NCBI GenBank assembly: GCA_963758105.1
Contig: CAVWUC010000002.1
Span: forward strand, 948,167-1,012,166
DNA: 64,000 bases
Direction: 5' to 3'
Origin: an uncultured Acidobacteriaceae bacterium
GTDB taxonomy: Bacteria > Acidobacteriota > Terriglobia > Terriglobales > Acidobacteriaceae
The notes under the pieces were generated by a model, which was not told the origin of the DNA, searched no databases, and was given only the letters and a program-made list of their open reading frames with translations. Positions within the stretch are counted from its first letter, which is position 1. The number at the start of each line of letters is the position of its first letter. Both the position numbers and the translations under genes were made by a program. Shown here in pieces: positions 22,452 through 33,214 of this stretch.

Positions 22452-23328
22452 ATGCGCAAGAGCTTTACCGCATTTGCATTTTTGGCCCTGTACCCTCTGC
22501 TCGTTGCCCAACAATCGCAGCCCGCTCCTCAGTCCACACCACCGCCGCAGGCCGCACCCTCAACCCCGCCTCCACCGCACACGTTGCTGGACGGAACACC
22601 GGTGAAGCTGCGGCTGAGCCAAACGATCTCGTCCGCCGACGCCAAGGTCGGCCAGGAGGTTCCGTTCGAGGTTGTCGAAGATGTCAGCGTGGACAACGTA
22701 GTTGTGCTGCCTAAAGGCGCCACCGCCATCGGCACCGTGACGGAGGTCGAACCGAAGAGGAGTATGGGGCGGGCAGGCAAGCTGAACGTAAGCATCAGCT
22801 ACGCACGCCTGGCCGACCAGGAGAAGGTGGCGCTGCGCGCGGTGAAAGACACCAAGGGAGGCGGCCATACAGGAGCAATGACGGGCGCGATAGTGGCGAC
22901 GTTCGATCGTGTTCTTCCCGGCGGCGCCGCTTTTCCTGTTCATGCACGGCAAGGACGTCACCATTCCGCAGGGAACCGAGATCACGGCGTTTGTGGAAGG
23001 GGATATGCACCTGGAAATGACGCGGTTCGGCGTGGCCGCTCCCACGGCTCCTGCGCCTGCCGCTGCGCCAGCGGCACAGGCCAGCCTGATCGTGGACTCC
23101 ACTCCGCCGGGCGCGGACATCACGGTGGATGGAGGGTTCGTGGGCAATACACCGTCCACGGTGACGATTGCGCCCGGAACGCACCAGATTACCGTCAGCA
23201 AGAAGGGTTTTGCGGACTGGACCAAGACGCTCACCGTGACCGGCGGCAGCGTCCATCTCAGTGCCACGCTGGAGGCCGTCTCCGCACCGGCTGCCTCTGC
23301 GCCTCCAGCGGCAGCCCCGCGGCAGTAA
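22452..23328 (+). pseudogene. PEGA-domain secreted protein with an apparent +1 frameshift near 22902
   Basis: Frame 0 reads MRKSFTAFAFLALYPLLVAQQ...KGGGHTGAMTGAIVAT, then becomes Arg-rich nonsense. The next frame (ORF 22909-23328) continues (S)IVFFPAAPLFLFMHGKDVTIPQGTEITAFVEGD...DSTPPGADITVDGGFVGNTPSTVTIAPGTHQITVSKKGFADW (PEGA). Dropping T22902 restores one ORF. Confidence 0.8.
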
Positions 23329-23349
23329 CCCTCCCACCGGAAGTGTTAC

Positions 23350-23436
23350 GGTTAATCCTGACGGCTCCGGCTGGCGGGGGAAATGACCCGGCGCGCGCGC
23401 AGAACGGCCGGACGATTGTGGCTGCGGTCGCGGCGG
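23350..23436 (+). repeat. Duplicated copy of the promoter-proximal / 5' coding end of gene 25611
   Basis: GGTTAATCCTGACGGCTCCGGCTGGCGGGGGAAATGACCCGGCGCGCGCGCAGAACG...ATTGTGGCTGCGGTCGCGGCGG compares with 25578-25662 GGTTATAACTGACGGCTCCGGCTGGCGGGGAAAATGAACCGACGCACGCGCAGAACG...ATTGTGGCCGCGGTGGTGGCGC. There is a 22-nt identical core. Confidence 0.85.
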
Positions 23437-23525
23437 GAGTGGCTGTATTTTCTTGCGCTCACAGGCATTCACCGGGCGCAGCCATGCCCTCCTCGGCCCC
23501 GGAAAGATCAATGAGGGAAAGAGAG

Positions 23526-25439
23526 ATGTTAAAACGCAGAGATTTCCTGAAAACCACGGTCGGCGCAACCGCCGCGGCTCTCCTTGCAGGATCCCCTCAC
23601 GTTGCCCGCGCTGCCCGCGCTGCGGATCAAGACCTGAGCTTTTCCTCTCCAGGCATCGAGCTGACAATTTCTCCCACCGCGCCCGAGTTTCTCAGCCTCA
23701 ATATCGACGGCCTCGGCAAAGGCCGCCGCGGCCCAAGCGCGATTGACACAAGCCGCCCAGGCGTTGGGCTTAAGGCGTCGAGTTCCAGAACCTCCGGCGC
23801 GCTGCGTGTTGAATACCGTCCGCAGTGGGTGGACGACAGCGTGCTGCCGCCGTGGACGTTTGAGGTCACCGACAGGAGAGTGGTCGCCACGTCGCAATGG
23901 TCGGCCGCCGCGGAACCTGTCCCCATGACCTTTCGCTTCAATCTGAATCAGGTGCACAGCACGGTGCTCGGCCTCTTTCAGCACGACGGCCTGCTCGCGA
24001 CTCCGGCGCTTTTGCACTTCCCCGGCCAGGGCTCCATGCGCCTCACTGCCGACGTTCCCGGACTCGGACTCACCTATGCCTCCGACCGGCCCCGCCAAAC
24101 CGCCACGCTTTCGCTGCCCGGCGCCACCTGCGCGCACCAGCGCGTCATCTACACCTTCGACGTGACCGCGATTCACCCTGAGTTGCACGGCATTGCCGGC
24201 GATCCGCGCTTCGATGCATTTCGCCGCAACTGGCTCGACGCTCTGCAGCTCAATCCCGGACTCCAGGCGCTTGCTAACAATACGGCCAGCGACACCTGCG
24301 CCTTCTGCTACTACGAGTACGCCGACATTGCCGCGTTGACTCCGCCCCTCGCTCCGGGATTGACTGCGATCGACATCGTGAAGCAGACGCTGGAGCGGGT
24401 GCCGGCCGGCGGGCAGGCTTACGGGTTGCCCGGTCTCACAAACTTTCTGATTACCGCGAGCTCCGATACGTATCCTTCCATGCTGATTGCAGCCGCCGAC
24501 TGCGTGCGCGCGGGCGGTAACGATGCCTGGCTCGCTGCAAATTACGAAGGCTTCCGCGGCTGGGCGGAATCGATGCTGGCCACCGACAAGAATGGCGACG
24601 GCCTCACCAAATACGGATTCAGCGGCAACTCCGGCAGTTGGCCCAGCGGATTTCCGCCTTTCAGGCCGTCGAACTGGTGGGACACCATCGGCTTCGGCTT
24701 CGAGGACGCCTACAGCAATGCGCTCGCCTTTCGCGCCTATCGCAACTTGGCCATGATGGCGCAAGAGCTCGGCAAGGCCTCCGACGCGGCCCGCTACTAT
24801 GCCGCCGCGGGCAAGCTCCGCGCCATTTTCTATGACCGTTTTTACGATCCGGAGACAGGCGTGCTCGGGGGTTGGCGCAGCGCCGACGGCCAACTGCACG
24901 ACTACTATTTTCTCTGGGTCAACGGCATCGCCATCCACTATGGGCTGGTCGAAAGACCGCAAGCCAATGCCATTATGGACAAGCTGCTCGCCAAGATGAA
25001 GGACGTCGGTTACGACAAATTCAATATGGGCCTGCCTGGCAATCTGATCACTGTTGCCCTCAAAGACTACGTGCACCGCGCGGCGGACGGCCGCTACGGC
25101 GGCGGCGTGCTCCCTGACAACTCCGACGGGTTCCAGAACTACGAGAACGGCGGCGCGACCGGATCGTTTGCCTTCTTTACGCTGGCCGCGCTCTACGATC
25201 TGGGCCGCGGAGAGGAAGCCGACCGGATTCTCTTCCCCATGCTCGGCGCATACGGCGCTTGCGGGTTCGATCAGCGCGACGCAAAGGGACACTCGACCGA
25301 TTGGCGCCGCTGGGACGGAACCGCGATGGGCTACGAGGGCCTGCTGACCGACAACTACTACGCGCTGCTCGCCGTGCCTCTCCGCCAGAGTGAGATCGCG
25401 TGGCAAAAAGGCTTTCGGCCCGCGACCGCGCTCACCTGA
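23526..25439 (+). CDS. Tat-signal secreted protein, probable (alpha/alpha)6 glycoside-hydrolase-like enzyme
   Basis: MLKRRDFLKTTVGATAAALLAGSPHVARA is a twin-arginine signal. The C-terminal half (WWDTIGFGFEDAYSNALAFRAYRNLA...YYFLWVNGIAIHYGL...GGATGSFAFFTLAALYDLG) looks like a six-hairpin glycosidase fold; the exact family is not recognised. GGGAAAGAGAG SD before ATG 23526. Confidence 0.7.
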   Translation: MLKRRDFLKTTVGATAAALLAGSPHVARAARAADQDLSFSSPGIELTISPTAPEFLSLNIDGLGKGRRGPSAIDTSRPGVGLKASSSRTSGALRVEYRPQWVDDSVLPPWTFEVTDRRVVATSQWSAAAEPVPMTFRFNLNQVHSTVLGLFQHDGLLATPALLHFPGQGSMRLTADVPGLGLTYASDRPRQTATLSLPGATCAHQRVIYTFDVTAIHPELHGIAGDPRFDAFRRNWLDALQLNPGLQALANNTASDTCAFCYYEYADIAALTPPLAPGLTAIDIVKQTLERVPAGGQAYGLPGLTNFLITASSDTYPSMLIAAADCVRAGGNDAWLAANYEGFRGWAESMLATDKNGDGLTKYGFSGNSGSWPSGFPPFRPSNWWDTIGFGFEDAYSNALAFRAYRNLAMMAQELGKASDAARYYAAAGKLRAIFYDRFYDPETGVLGGWRSADGQLHDYYFLWVNGIAIHYGLVERPQANAIMDKLLAKMKDVGYDKFNMGLPGNLITVALKDYVHRAADGRYGGGVLPDNSDGFQNYENGGATGSFAFFTLAALYDLGRGEEADRILFPMLGAYGACGFDQRDAKGHSTDWRRWDGTAMGYEGLLTDNYYALLAVPLRQSEIAWQKGFRPATALT

Positions 25440-25610
25440 GAGTTGGAAACGCGGCAGGCAGAACGATGGGCAATGTGCGTTTCAGCCAATGTTGATGCGG
25501 GTTTTTCGGCGTTTTTTGTGAAAGGCTCCGGCTTTGCCGGAATTCCCGGCTTCTTGATTCCGGTTCTGCCGGTTTAGGGTTATAACTGACGGCTCCGGCT
25601 GGCGGGGAAA

Positions 25611-26627
25611 ATGAACCGACGCACGCGCAGAACGCTTCTCATTGTGGCCGCGGTGGTGGCGCTGCTGGCCCTGGCCGTCTTTCTGCGCTCCAAGGCTCCG
25701 CCGGAGGCCGCGCGCCTCTTGCCTGAATCCGACGGCATCATCTACATCAATCTACGGCCCTTGCGCGCCTTCCTGCGCGGGGACCTGAAGCCGCCCCAGC
25801 GCGTGCCGGAGTACCAGCAGTTTGTGGACGCAACCGGCATCGACTGGGAACGCGATCTCGACCAGGTAGCCATCGCCCTGCATCGCATGCCCAACCCCAA
25901 CGGACCCAACGGCCCGGTTGCCTACTCCATGGTGCTGGTCGGCAAGATCACCGGCCAGAAGCTCAACCAGTGGCTTGCATCGCACGCAACGGCTCTCAAG
26001 TCCTACGCCGGCAAGACCATCTATGACATTCCCTCCGAGGGCCGCACCGTGCGCGTGGCGCGGATCGGCTACGACATGGTGGCCGTCTCCAACAACCCCA
26101 CGGCGGAGCAGATTCACTCCATCATCGACCGCCATCGCGCCGCCGCTCTGCCCTTTGCCGGCTCCACGCTGCTGGCGCGCCACTACCACGAAATTCCGCT
26201 GCTGGCGCTGGCCTGGGGCGTGGGCCAGATCGGACTGCCGTTCTCAGAGAGCGGCGCGATCCACATCTTCGGCTTCTCCCTGCCCCTGCCGGACAACTCG
26301 ACGATCATCGCCAGCCTCGCGCCCGCGCTGCCCGTGCCCAACTCGCTGCGCCTCAGGGTCGAGGAGATTGCGCCCAGCGACCAGGTGGCGGCTAGCCAGG
26401 CCGCGTCTCTCAACACGCTGCTCACGCTCGCCCGCGGATTCACCGCGCCGCTTGCCCCGGACGCGGCCAACAACGCGCTGAAGGAGCTGCTGCGCACCGC
26501 CCAGATCACCCAGCGCCGTGACCGCATCGTGGTTACAGCCGCATTAACGCCCTCGCTGCTCAGCCAGGCCTTCGCCGAGCAGGCTGCGCCTCCGGAAACT
26601 TCGCCCGCTCCGGCCGCATCCAATTAG
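25611..26627 (+). CDS. Hypothetical N-terminally membrane-anchored protein
   Basis: 338-aa ORF MNRRTRRTLLIVAAVVALLALAVFL... (signal anchor). No family recognised. Confidence 0.7.
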   Translation: MNRRTRRTLLIVAAVVALLALAVFLRSKAPPEAARLLPESDGIIYINLRPLRAFLRGDLKPPQRVPEYQQFVDATGIDWERDLDQVAIALHRMPNPNGPNGPVAYSMVLVGKITGQKLNQWLASHATALKSYAGKTIYDIPSEGRTVRVARIGYDMVAVSNNPTAEQIHSIIDRHRAAALPFAGSTLLARHYHEIPLLALAWGVGQIGLPFSESGAIHIFGFSLPLPDNSTIIASLAPALPVPNSLRLRVEEIAPSDQVAASQAASLNTLLTLARGFTAPLAPDAANNALKELLRTAQITQRRDRIVVTAALTPSLLSQAFAEQAAPPETSPAPAASN

Positions 26628-26722
26628 CCGCACCAGCGAAGTAAACTGATTTTGTACTTCCCCGTGGCGGGCAGCACATCCGAAGACCCGCTCAGCCGGA
26701 ACCAGGAAAACTCCGCATCCCC

Positions 26723-28060
26723 ATGAGAGGTCCCATGAGAGGTTCACCCCAGTCAATCCGAATTTCTGTCTTCGCCTGCACTCTCGCTCTCTCGCTTTGC
26801 CTCGCGGCTCTCGCCGACGATGCGGCCAGGCGCCCGGTGCTCACCGGCCAGGCCGCATTTACTGATGCGGCGCATGAAGCTCCCGGCATTCGCCGCCACC
26901 TCACCGTGGCCGATCTGCCCGCGCCCGCGCCGGAGCAATCCGTTGATAATGGCCCCACGCTGGTTCCCCGCCCCGCCAACGCCTGGCCCATCGCGCCCAA
27001 AGGCTTCAAGGTCGAGCTCTATGCCGCCGGCCTCGATAATCCGCGCCTCCTGCGCACCGCGCCCAACGGCGACATCTTCCTCGCCGAGAGCGAGACCGGC
27101 AAGATTCGCGTCTTCCGCGGAGTGGGCGCGGACGGCAAGCCCAGGGAGACTTCGGTCTTCGTAACCGGCTTGCATCAGCCCTTCGGCATCGCCTTCTATC
27201 CTCTTGGCCCTGACCCCCAGTGGATCTACATCGGCGACACCGACGCCATCGTGCGCTTCCCCTACCGCAACGGCGACCTGACCGCGCGCGGCCCGATGCA
27301 GCAGCTCGCCGAGCTGCCGGGCGGCGGACGGCTCCGCGGCGGCGGCCACTGGACCCGCGACCTGGCGTTTTCGCTGGACGGCGTCACGCTGTTTGCCTCG
27401 GTCGGGTCGCATTCCAATGTTGACGACTCCGACACGCACCCGTTGGAGTTTCACCGCGCCAACGTGCTGGAGTTCACACCCGAAGGCAAGTTCATCAAGG
27501 TTTACGCGTCGGGTATTCGCAACTGCGTGGGCGAGGCCATTAACCCCATCACCGGCCAACTCTGGTGCTCCACCAACGAGCGCGACGGCCTGGGCAACAA
27601 CCTGGTCCCCGACTACATCACCCACATACAGGAGGGCGGCTTTTACGGCTGGCCATGGTGGTACATGGGCGGCCATCAGGACCCGCGCCATCCGGGCAAG
27701 CATCCTGAACTCCAGTCCAGGGTCATCACCCCGGACATTCTGCTCCAGCCCCACTTCGCCTCGCTGGAGATGCTCTTCTACAAGGGCTCCCAGTTCCCCG
27801 AGCAGTACCACGGAGATGGCTTCGCCGCCGAACACGGCTCCTGGAACCGCGCCCAGCGCGCCGGCTACGAGGTGATCCGGCTGCCCATGCGCGACGGCCA
27901 CGCGACCGGCGAGTACGAAGACTTTCTCACCGGCTTCGTGCTGCCCGATGGGACGGTGTGGGGACGGCCCGTGGGCGTGACCGTGGCGAAGGATGGATCC
28001 CTGTTCGTCTCCGACGACGGCTCGCGCTCCATCTGGCACGTAATCTATACCGGGAAGTAA
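26723..28060 (+). CDS. PQQ-dependent sugar (sorbosone/glucose) dehydrogenase family beta-propeller
   Basis: Signal peptide plus motifs LPAPAPEQSVDNGP, GFKVELYAAGLDNPR, PNGDIFLAE, GGGHWTRDLAFS, GIRNCVGEAINPITGQLWCSTNERDGLGNNLVPDY and GFYGWPW. Confidence 0.85.
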   Translation: MRGPMRGSPQSIRISVFACTLALSLCLAALADDAARRPVLTGQAAFTDAAHEAPGIRRHLTVADLPAPAPEQSVDNGPTLVPRPANAWPIAPKGFKVELYAAGLDNPRLLRTAPNGDIFLAESETGKIRVFRGVGADGKPRETSVFVTGLHQPFGIAFYPLGPDPQWIYIGDTDAIVRFPYRNGDLTARGPMQQLAELPGGGRLRGGGHWTRDLAFSLDGVTLFASVGSHSNVDDSDTHPLEFHRANVLEFTPEGKFIKVYASGIRNCVGEAINPITGQLWCSTNERDGLGNNLVPDYITHIQEGGFYGWPWWYMGGHQDPRHPGKHPELQSRVITPDILLQPHFASLEMLFYKGSQFPEQYHGDGFAAEHGSWNRAQRAGYEVIRLPMRDGHATGEYEDFLTGFVLPDGTVWGRPVGVTVAKDGSLFVSDDGSRSIWHVIYTGK

Positions 28061-28084
28061 ACGGGAGCGAAATTAGCGGAGTCT

Positions 28085-28133
28085 GCGGAGCTGGAAGTGC
28101 GCTCCCAGGCCCTCCTGGGGCCGCCAGCTCCGC
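28085..28133. terminator. Compound hairpin between convergent genes (possible bidirectional terminator)
   Basis: Outer stem GCGGAGCTGG (28085-28094) / CCAGCTCCGC (28124-28133). Inner stem CCCAGG/CCTGGG. No strong U-tract. Confidence 0.35.
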
Positions 28134-28135
28134 TC

Positions 28136-29314
28136 TTACCGGCCCGTCAGTCCCAGCGCCCCCACAATCGCCCCGTCCACCTGCGCGGGCTGGCCGTCCT
28201 GCTTGGTCACCACGCCGAAGCCGCCACGGTAATCCCACATCGCCCAGCCGATGCCATCGGCCTCGAAAGCGGTGCGCGCGTCGTGAATCCAGGCGGCGCG
28301 CGAAACCGGGTCGGAGTAGTTGCGGTAGACACCGAACTCATTCGAGATGAGCGGGACGTGATGCTCGCGGCCCCAGGCTGCGGCTTCGTCGATCATCAGG
28401 CGGATGCGGGTTGCGTCCCAGTGGTCGAGAAAGTAGGTCTCCAGCTGATAGCGGCTGGCAGGGTCGGGCACCTGCGCCAGCTTCTCCTGCATCTCCGCGT
28501 CGGTGTCGCTGGCCGGGTAGGGAATGTTATGCGTATAGCGCCACCAGGTCGCGCCCCACGAAGCGCCCTGGTGGGTGAACTGGTGGGGCTCGTAGAAGTG
28601 GAAGTTGTAGATCACGTTGCCGTCGGCCATCGGCTGCATGGCCAGCAGGTCGGGAATGTCGGAGTAGTTGGCGCCGGTGGCGATGATTGTGTTCCGCGGC
28701 GCGGCCTGGCGGATGGCCGCGGCCACGCGCTCCTGAATGCCGGCCCAGCGGTAGGGATCGTTGACCTCCGGCTCGTTCAGAATCTCAAAAAAGACCCGCT
28801 CCGGATCACGGTCAGCATAGTGCGCGGCCAGCTTGCGCCACAACAGCACCAGCCGGTCCACGGCGTAGTCGCTGGTGCGCAGTTGCTGCTTGTAGTTGTC
28901 CTCCGGGTGCAGGTCGATCTCGACGGCCAGCCCGTCGGCCAGCATGGTGTCGACGGCGCGGTCCAGGCGGCCGGCAAAATCGTCGTTCAGCCCGTCTTTG
29001 CCCTGCGGGTACTGCTCCAGTGGAACCGCGTCGATGCTCAGGCGCACATGATCGAAGCCCAGACGCGCCATCAGCGCAATGTCCCCGGCATCGGTATAGC
29101 GGTTCGTGCGCGCCGCCGAGTAGTCGCCGGGCGACTGCGCGAACCATTGCGAGGCATTGATGCCGTGGCGCAGATGCCGGGCGCGGGCAAAGGCCAGCTG
29201 CGCCTGGGCGTCATGATCAGACTCGCCTGCGGGGGCCTGCGCGGCGGAAGGCAGGTTGAGGGAGGGCAAAATCAGAGACAACAAGGCGGCAAAAAAGGCT
29301 GGGCGCAGACGCAC
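28136..29314 (-). CDS. Glycoside hydrolase family 5 (cellulase-like), secreted
   Basis: FDHVRLSID..., the FFEILNEP catalytic-acid motif, and NVIYNFHFYEPHQFTHQGASW. GTG start at 29314 lies 7 nt after a perfect AGGAGG and gives signal peptide VRLRPAFFAALLSLILPSLNLPSAAQA. The longer ORF-track start is rejected. Confidence 0.88.
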   Translation of the reverse strand: MRLRPAFFAALLSLILPSLNLPSAAQAPAGESDHDAQAQLAFARARHLRHGINASQWFAQSPGDYSAARTNRYTDAGDIALMARLGFDHVRLSIDAVPLEQYPQGKDGLNDDFAGRLDRAVDTMLADGLAVEIDLHPEDNYKQQLRTSDYAVDRLVLLWRKLAAHYADRDPERVFFEILNEPEVNDPYRWAGIQERVAAAIRQAAPRNTIIATGANYSDIPDLLAMQPMADGNVIYNFHFYEPHQFTHQGASWGATWWRYTHNIPYPASDTDAEMQEKLAQVPDPASRYQLETYFLDHWDATRIRLMIDEAAAWGREHHVPLISNEFGVYRNYSDPVSRAAWIHDARTAFEADGIGWAMWDYRGGFGVVTKQDGQPAQVDGAIVGALGLTGR

Positions 29315-29435
29315 GGCAGAACCTCCTGGGCAGCGAGGAGCTTTCCCGAGCCCACAATACACCATGCGGCGTCGGTTGCCGAACGACGCACCGGGAGACG
29401 ACAATAACCCAAACTTCCGTGAAAGCGGACCCGCT

Positions 29436-30317
29436 ATGCCCCATCGTTCGAATGCACGCACAGCACGCCTCAGCGCGGTTCTTCTGGCAGCCTGTCTCTC
29501 TGTCGGCCATGGCCAGAACCCGCCTGCCGGCTCGCCCGCGCCGCCGGCCGCGGCAACTTCTGCGCCCGCGCAGCCGGATGCGGAAGCCGCCTTCCTGGCC
29601 CGCGCCGCGAGTCTCTACTACTCCACTGCAAAGACCGGCCTGACCGGCTTCGACTGCGCCGTCCATCCCGACTGGCTCACCCTGTTTCGGGGCGCCAACA
29701 AGGACACCCCGGTTACGGCCAGCGACGCGCGCGTGGTCCTGCTCAACAGGGTGGTCATCACGCTGCATGCCCGGTTCGACGGCGGCTCCACGCTGGATTG
29801 GGCTGCGCCTGCAAACCCGGATACGCCGCCGGGCCTGGACTCGAACTCCCTGATCACTGGGATGCAACATGCAACCGAGCAGACGCTGATGGGCTTCCTC
29901 CAGTTCTGGACCCCGTTCATGGACGGCTCAGTGCTGCCGGCGAGCCCGCAGGGACTCTCCCTCACCCATACCGATGCGGGGACGACTATTCATGGGATAC
30001 AAGGCGGGACGGAAATCACCGAGATCTTCAACCCGCAGATGCTACTGCAGCAATTCAACGTGAAGGAGAGCGGCAACTCGGTCCAGTTCGCGCCCACCTT
30101 CCAGCCCACCGAACAGGGGTTGCTGGTCAACCGCTTCCTGGCGAACATCCAGCCGAGGAGCAATCCGCCGGGACCGGTAGAGGAGATGCACGCCTCCATC
30201 GCCTACCAGTCCCTGGAAGGCTTCCCGATTCCGCAGCGGATCAATATGGAAGTGGTCGGCGCCGGGGTCTTCAATTTCGCGCTGGACGGCTGCCAGATTC
30301 GCCGGCGGATGCGGTAG
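29436..30317 (+). CDS. Hypothetical secreted protein
   Basis: MPHRSNARTARLSAVLLAACLSVGHG signal peptide. The ORF-track 5' extension overlaps the GH5 start and is rejected. No family recognised. Confidence 0.65.
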   Translation: MPHRSNARTARLSAVLLAACLSVGHGQNPPAGSPAPPAAATSAPAQPDAEAAFLARAASLYYSTAKTGLTGFDCAVHPDWLTLFRGANKDTPVTASDARVVLLNRVVITLHARFDGGSTLDWAAPANPDTPPGLDSNSLITGMQHATEQTLMGFLQFWTPFMDGSVLPASPQGLSLTHTDAGTTIHGIQGGTEITEIFNPQMLLQQFNVKESGNSVQFAPTFQPTEQGLLVNRFLANIQPRSNPPGPVEEMHASIAYQSLEGFPIPQRINMEVVGAGVFNFALDGCQIRRRMR

Positions 30318-30366
30318 CGGGCCACAGCATTTTCCGAATTGATGTAAACCGAAGCCATACGCTCTC

Positions 30367-30393
30367 GTGGCTTTTTCCTCAAGAGAAAGCCAC
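30367..30393 (+). terminator. Hairpin after gene 29436-30317
   Basis: GTGGCTTTTTC CTCAA GAGAAAGCCAC followed by CTTTCAAT. Confidence 0.45.
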
Positions 30394-30516
30394 CTTTCAA
30401 TGCCCCCAAAAGTCCATGTTAATTCGGGAAATGCTCCAGGAACCTCCGCGTCCGCACCGTAGCCATCGCCCCGCACTCAAAACCAAGGCCGGTTCCGGCG
30501 GGCCCGGCTCAACACA

Positions 30517-30545
30517 GAAGCGGCTCCCATCCGGGAGCCGCTTCT
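30517..30545. terminator. Perfect 13-bp-stem hairpin between convergent genes (bidirectional terminator candidate)
   Basis: AGAAGCGGCTCCC ATCC GGGAGCCGCTTCT, followed by TCCATCC. Lies 25 nt from the M23 peptidase stop. Confidence 0.6.
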
Positions 30546-30569
30546 TCCATCCCGCCCTGTAGATTGGTC

Positions 30570-31538
30570 CTAGGAGCCGGTCGCGGCGCTGTCCGAATCC
30601 GATATCTGTTCGAAGGTGGCGCGCAGGTATTTGTGGGGATTCACCGGCACATTGTGCACCCGCACCTCGTAGTGAAGGTGCGGCCCGGTGGCGCGCCCGG
30701 ACTCACCCACGTAGCCGACGATCTGCCCGCGGACCACATGCTGGCCGGGGATCACTGCGAATGCGGAGAGATGGGCATAGACGGTGCTGATGTCGTGGCC
30801 GTGATCGATGACCACCTCGCGCCCGTATCCGGCCTCCATCGCCGCCGAGGAGACATCGCCGTCGCCGGCCGCCCGCACCGGCGTTCCATAGGGCGCGTCG
30901 ATATCGATTCCCGTGTGGAAGGCGCCTTCGCCGTTGATCGGGTCCAGGCGTTCGCCGAAGCTCGATGCCACTGGCCCCTGCACCGGCCACAGCGAGGGCG
31001 CGTCAGCCAGGATGGTCCAGTCACCCACGAAGCTCGGCGTCAGCCCGCTTTCCAGCGCGCGTGAAACTTCGCCGGTCATCGCCTCAGTGCGCAGCGCATC
31101 AAACTGGTCGATGGAGAGCTTGACCTGCTGCGGGTTGACGTCGTCGCTCACCGCTAGGCTGCCCGGCGCCGGAGCCGCCGCGCGGGAGGCCGGCTTGGAC
31201 GCATCCAGCCGGTTCTGCCGCAGCCCGTAGAGCGCGGCCACTTCGTTGGCCAGCGCGCCCAGCGATGCCACCTGCACCCCGCGGTCGTGGGCGATCGCCG
31301 CCATCTCCTTGTAGTTCTTGCGCAGGTTTTCGCGGTCCTCGCGAACTTGGTTGTAGCTCTCCGTCTTCAGCAGCATGCGCGTGTAGGAGCCGGCCAGCCC
31401 CACGATGGTGAACGCGCCCACCAGCGCCGCCGCCAGAAACCCGTACGCATAGCGCAGCGGAACGGGAATCTTGCGAATCCGCCCGGCCTCATCGCTGGCT
31501 ACAAACAGAATGTAATAGCGCTTGCCCAGCATCTTCAC
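30570..31538 (-). CDS. M23 family metallopeptidase (murein endopeptidase-like), membrane anchored
   Basis: HTGIDIDAPYGTPVRAAGDGDV...VIDHGHDISTVYAHLS...GYVGESGRATGPHLHYEV matches the M23 HxxxD / HxH motifs. Confidence 0.92.
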   Translation of the reverse strand: MKMLGKRYYILFVASDEAGRIRKIPVPLRYAYGFLAAALVGAFTIVGLAGSYTRMLLKTESYNQVREDRENLRKNYKEMAAIAHDRGVQVASLGALANEVAALYGLRQNRLDASKPASRAAAPAPGSLAVSDDVNPQQVKLSIDQFDALRTEAMTGEVSRALESGLTPSFVGDWTILADAPSLWPVQGPVASSFGERLDPINGEGAFHTGIDIDAPYGTPVRAAGDGDVSSAAMEAGYGREVVIDHGHDISTVYAHLSAFAVIPGQHVVRGQIVGYVGESGRATGPHLHYEVRVHNVPVNPHKYLRATFEQISDSDSAATGS

Positions 31539-31950
31539 CTCTTATCCTGCCCTCGGCAGGGCCGCAATTCGCCATGGACTCGCTGAAATGAGCAACGCAG
31601 CCGAAGAGCAAAGCAATGCAAAAACACCAATCCGTGCGTTCCCGCACATACCGCACTGGGCGCTGGCCTGTAAACTTCGTCAAGCCTAGCAAAGGGCCCC
31701 ACGCCGGGTCAACGTAACATTACGTAACTTTCGTGATGATCCATCGGGCCAAGCCCTGCCGCGGAACCTGATTCGCCCGGCCCAAAAGCGGAAAAATCGG
31801 CCGGCGTTTGTCGTTTTCGCCTCATGTTTGAGACGCAATCTGCCGATTATCCTCCCCTTTCCCCATGCAAATCGGACCGCCGCGCTCCTTCCGCAGTCTT
31901 TTCCGTGCTGCACTGCCCCGGCGCAGCTCGATTGCCCTATGCTCATAACC

Positions 31951-33209
<1,259 letters not shown>

Positions 33210-33214
33210 GCGAC

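Noticed and set aside
22389-25439. Single 1016-aa ORF in the track
   Set aside because: It is a read-through of three units: the PEGA gene 5' half, an out-of-frame Arg-rich stretch plus intergenic DNA, and the Tat-signal hydrolase. The middle ~200 codons are clearly non-coding.
23529-29870. Long antisense ORFs (23529-25406, 26753-28039, 28097-29407, 29217-29870)
   Set aside because: Each is opposite a gene with clear family motifs (Tat-hydrolase, PQQ dehydrogenase, GH5). High-GC antisense artefacts.
31539-31950. TPP riboswitch upstream of thiL
   Set aside because: A GAACCUGAU string is present near 31765, but the obligatory CUGAGA element and the pairing partners of the THI-box are missing.
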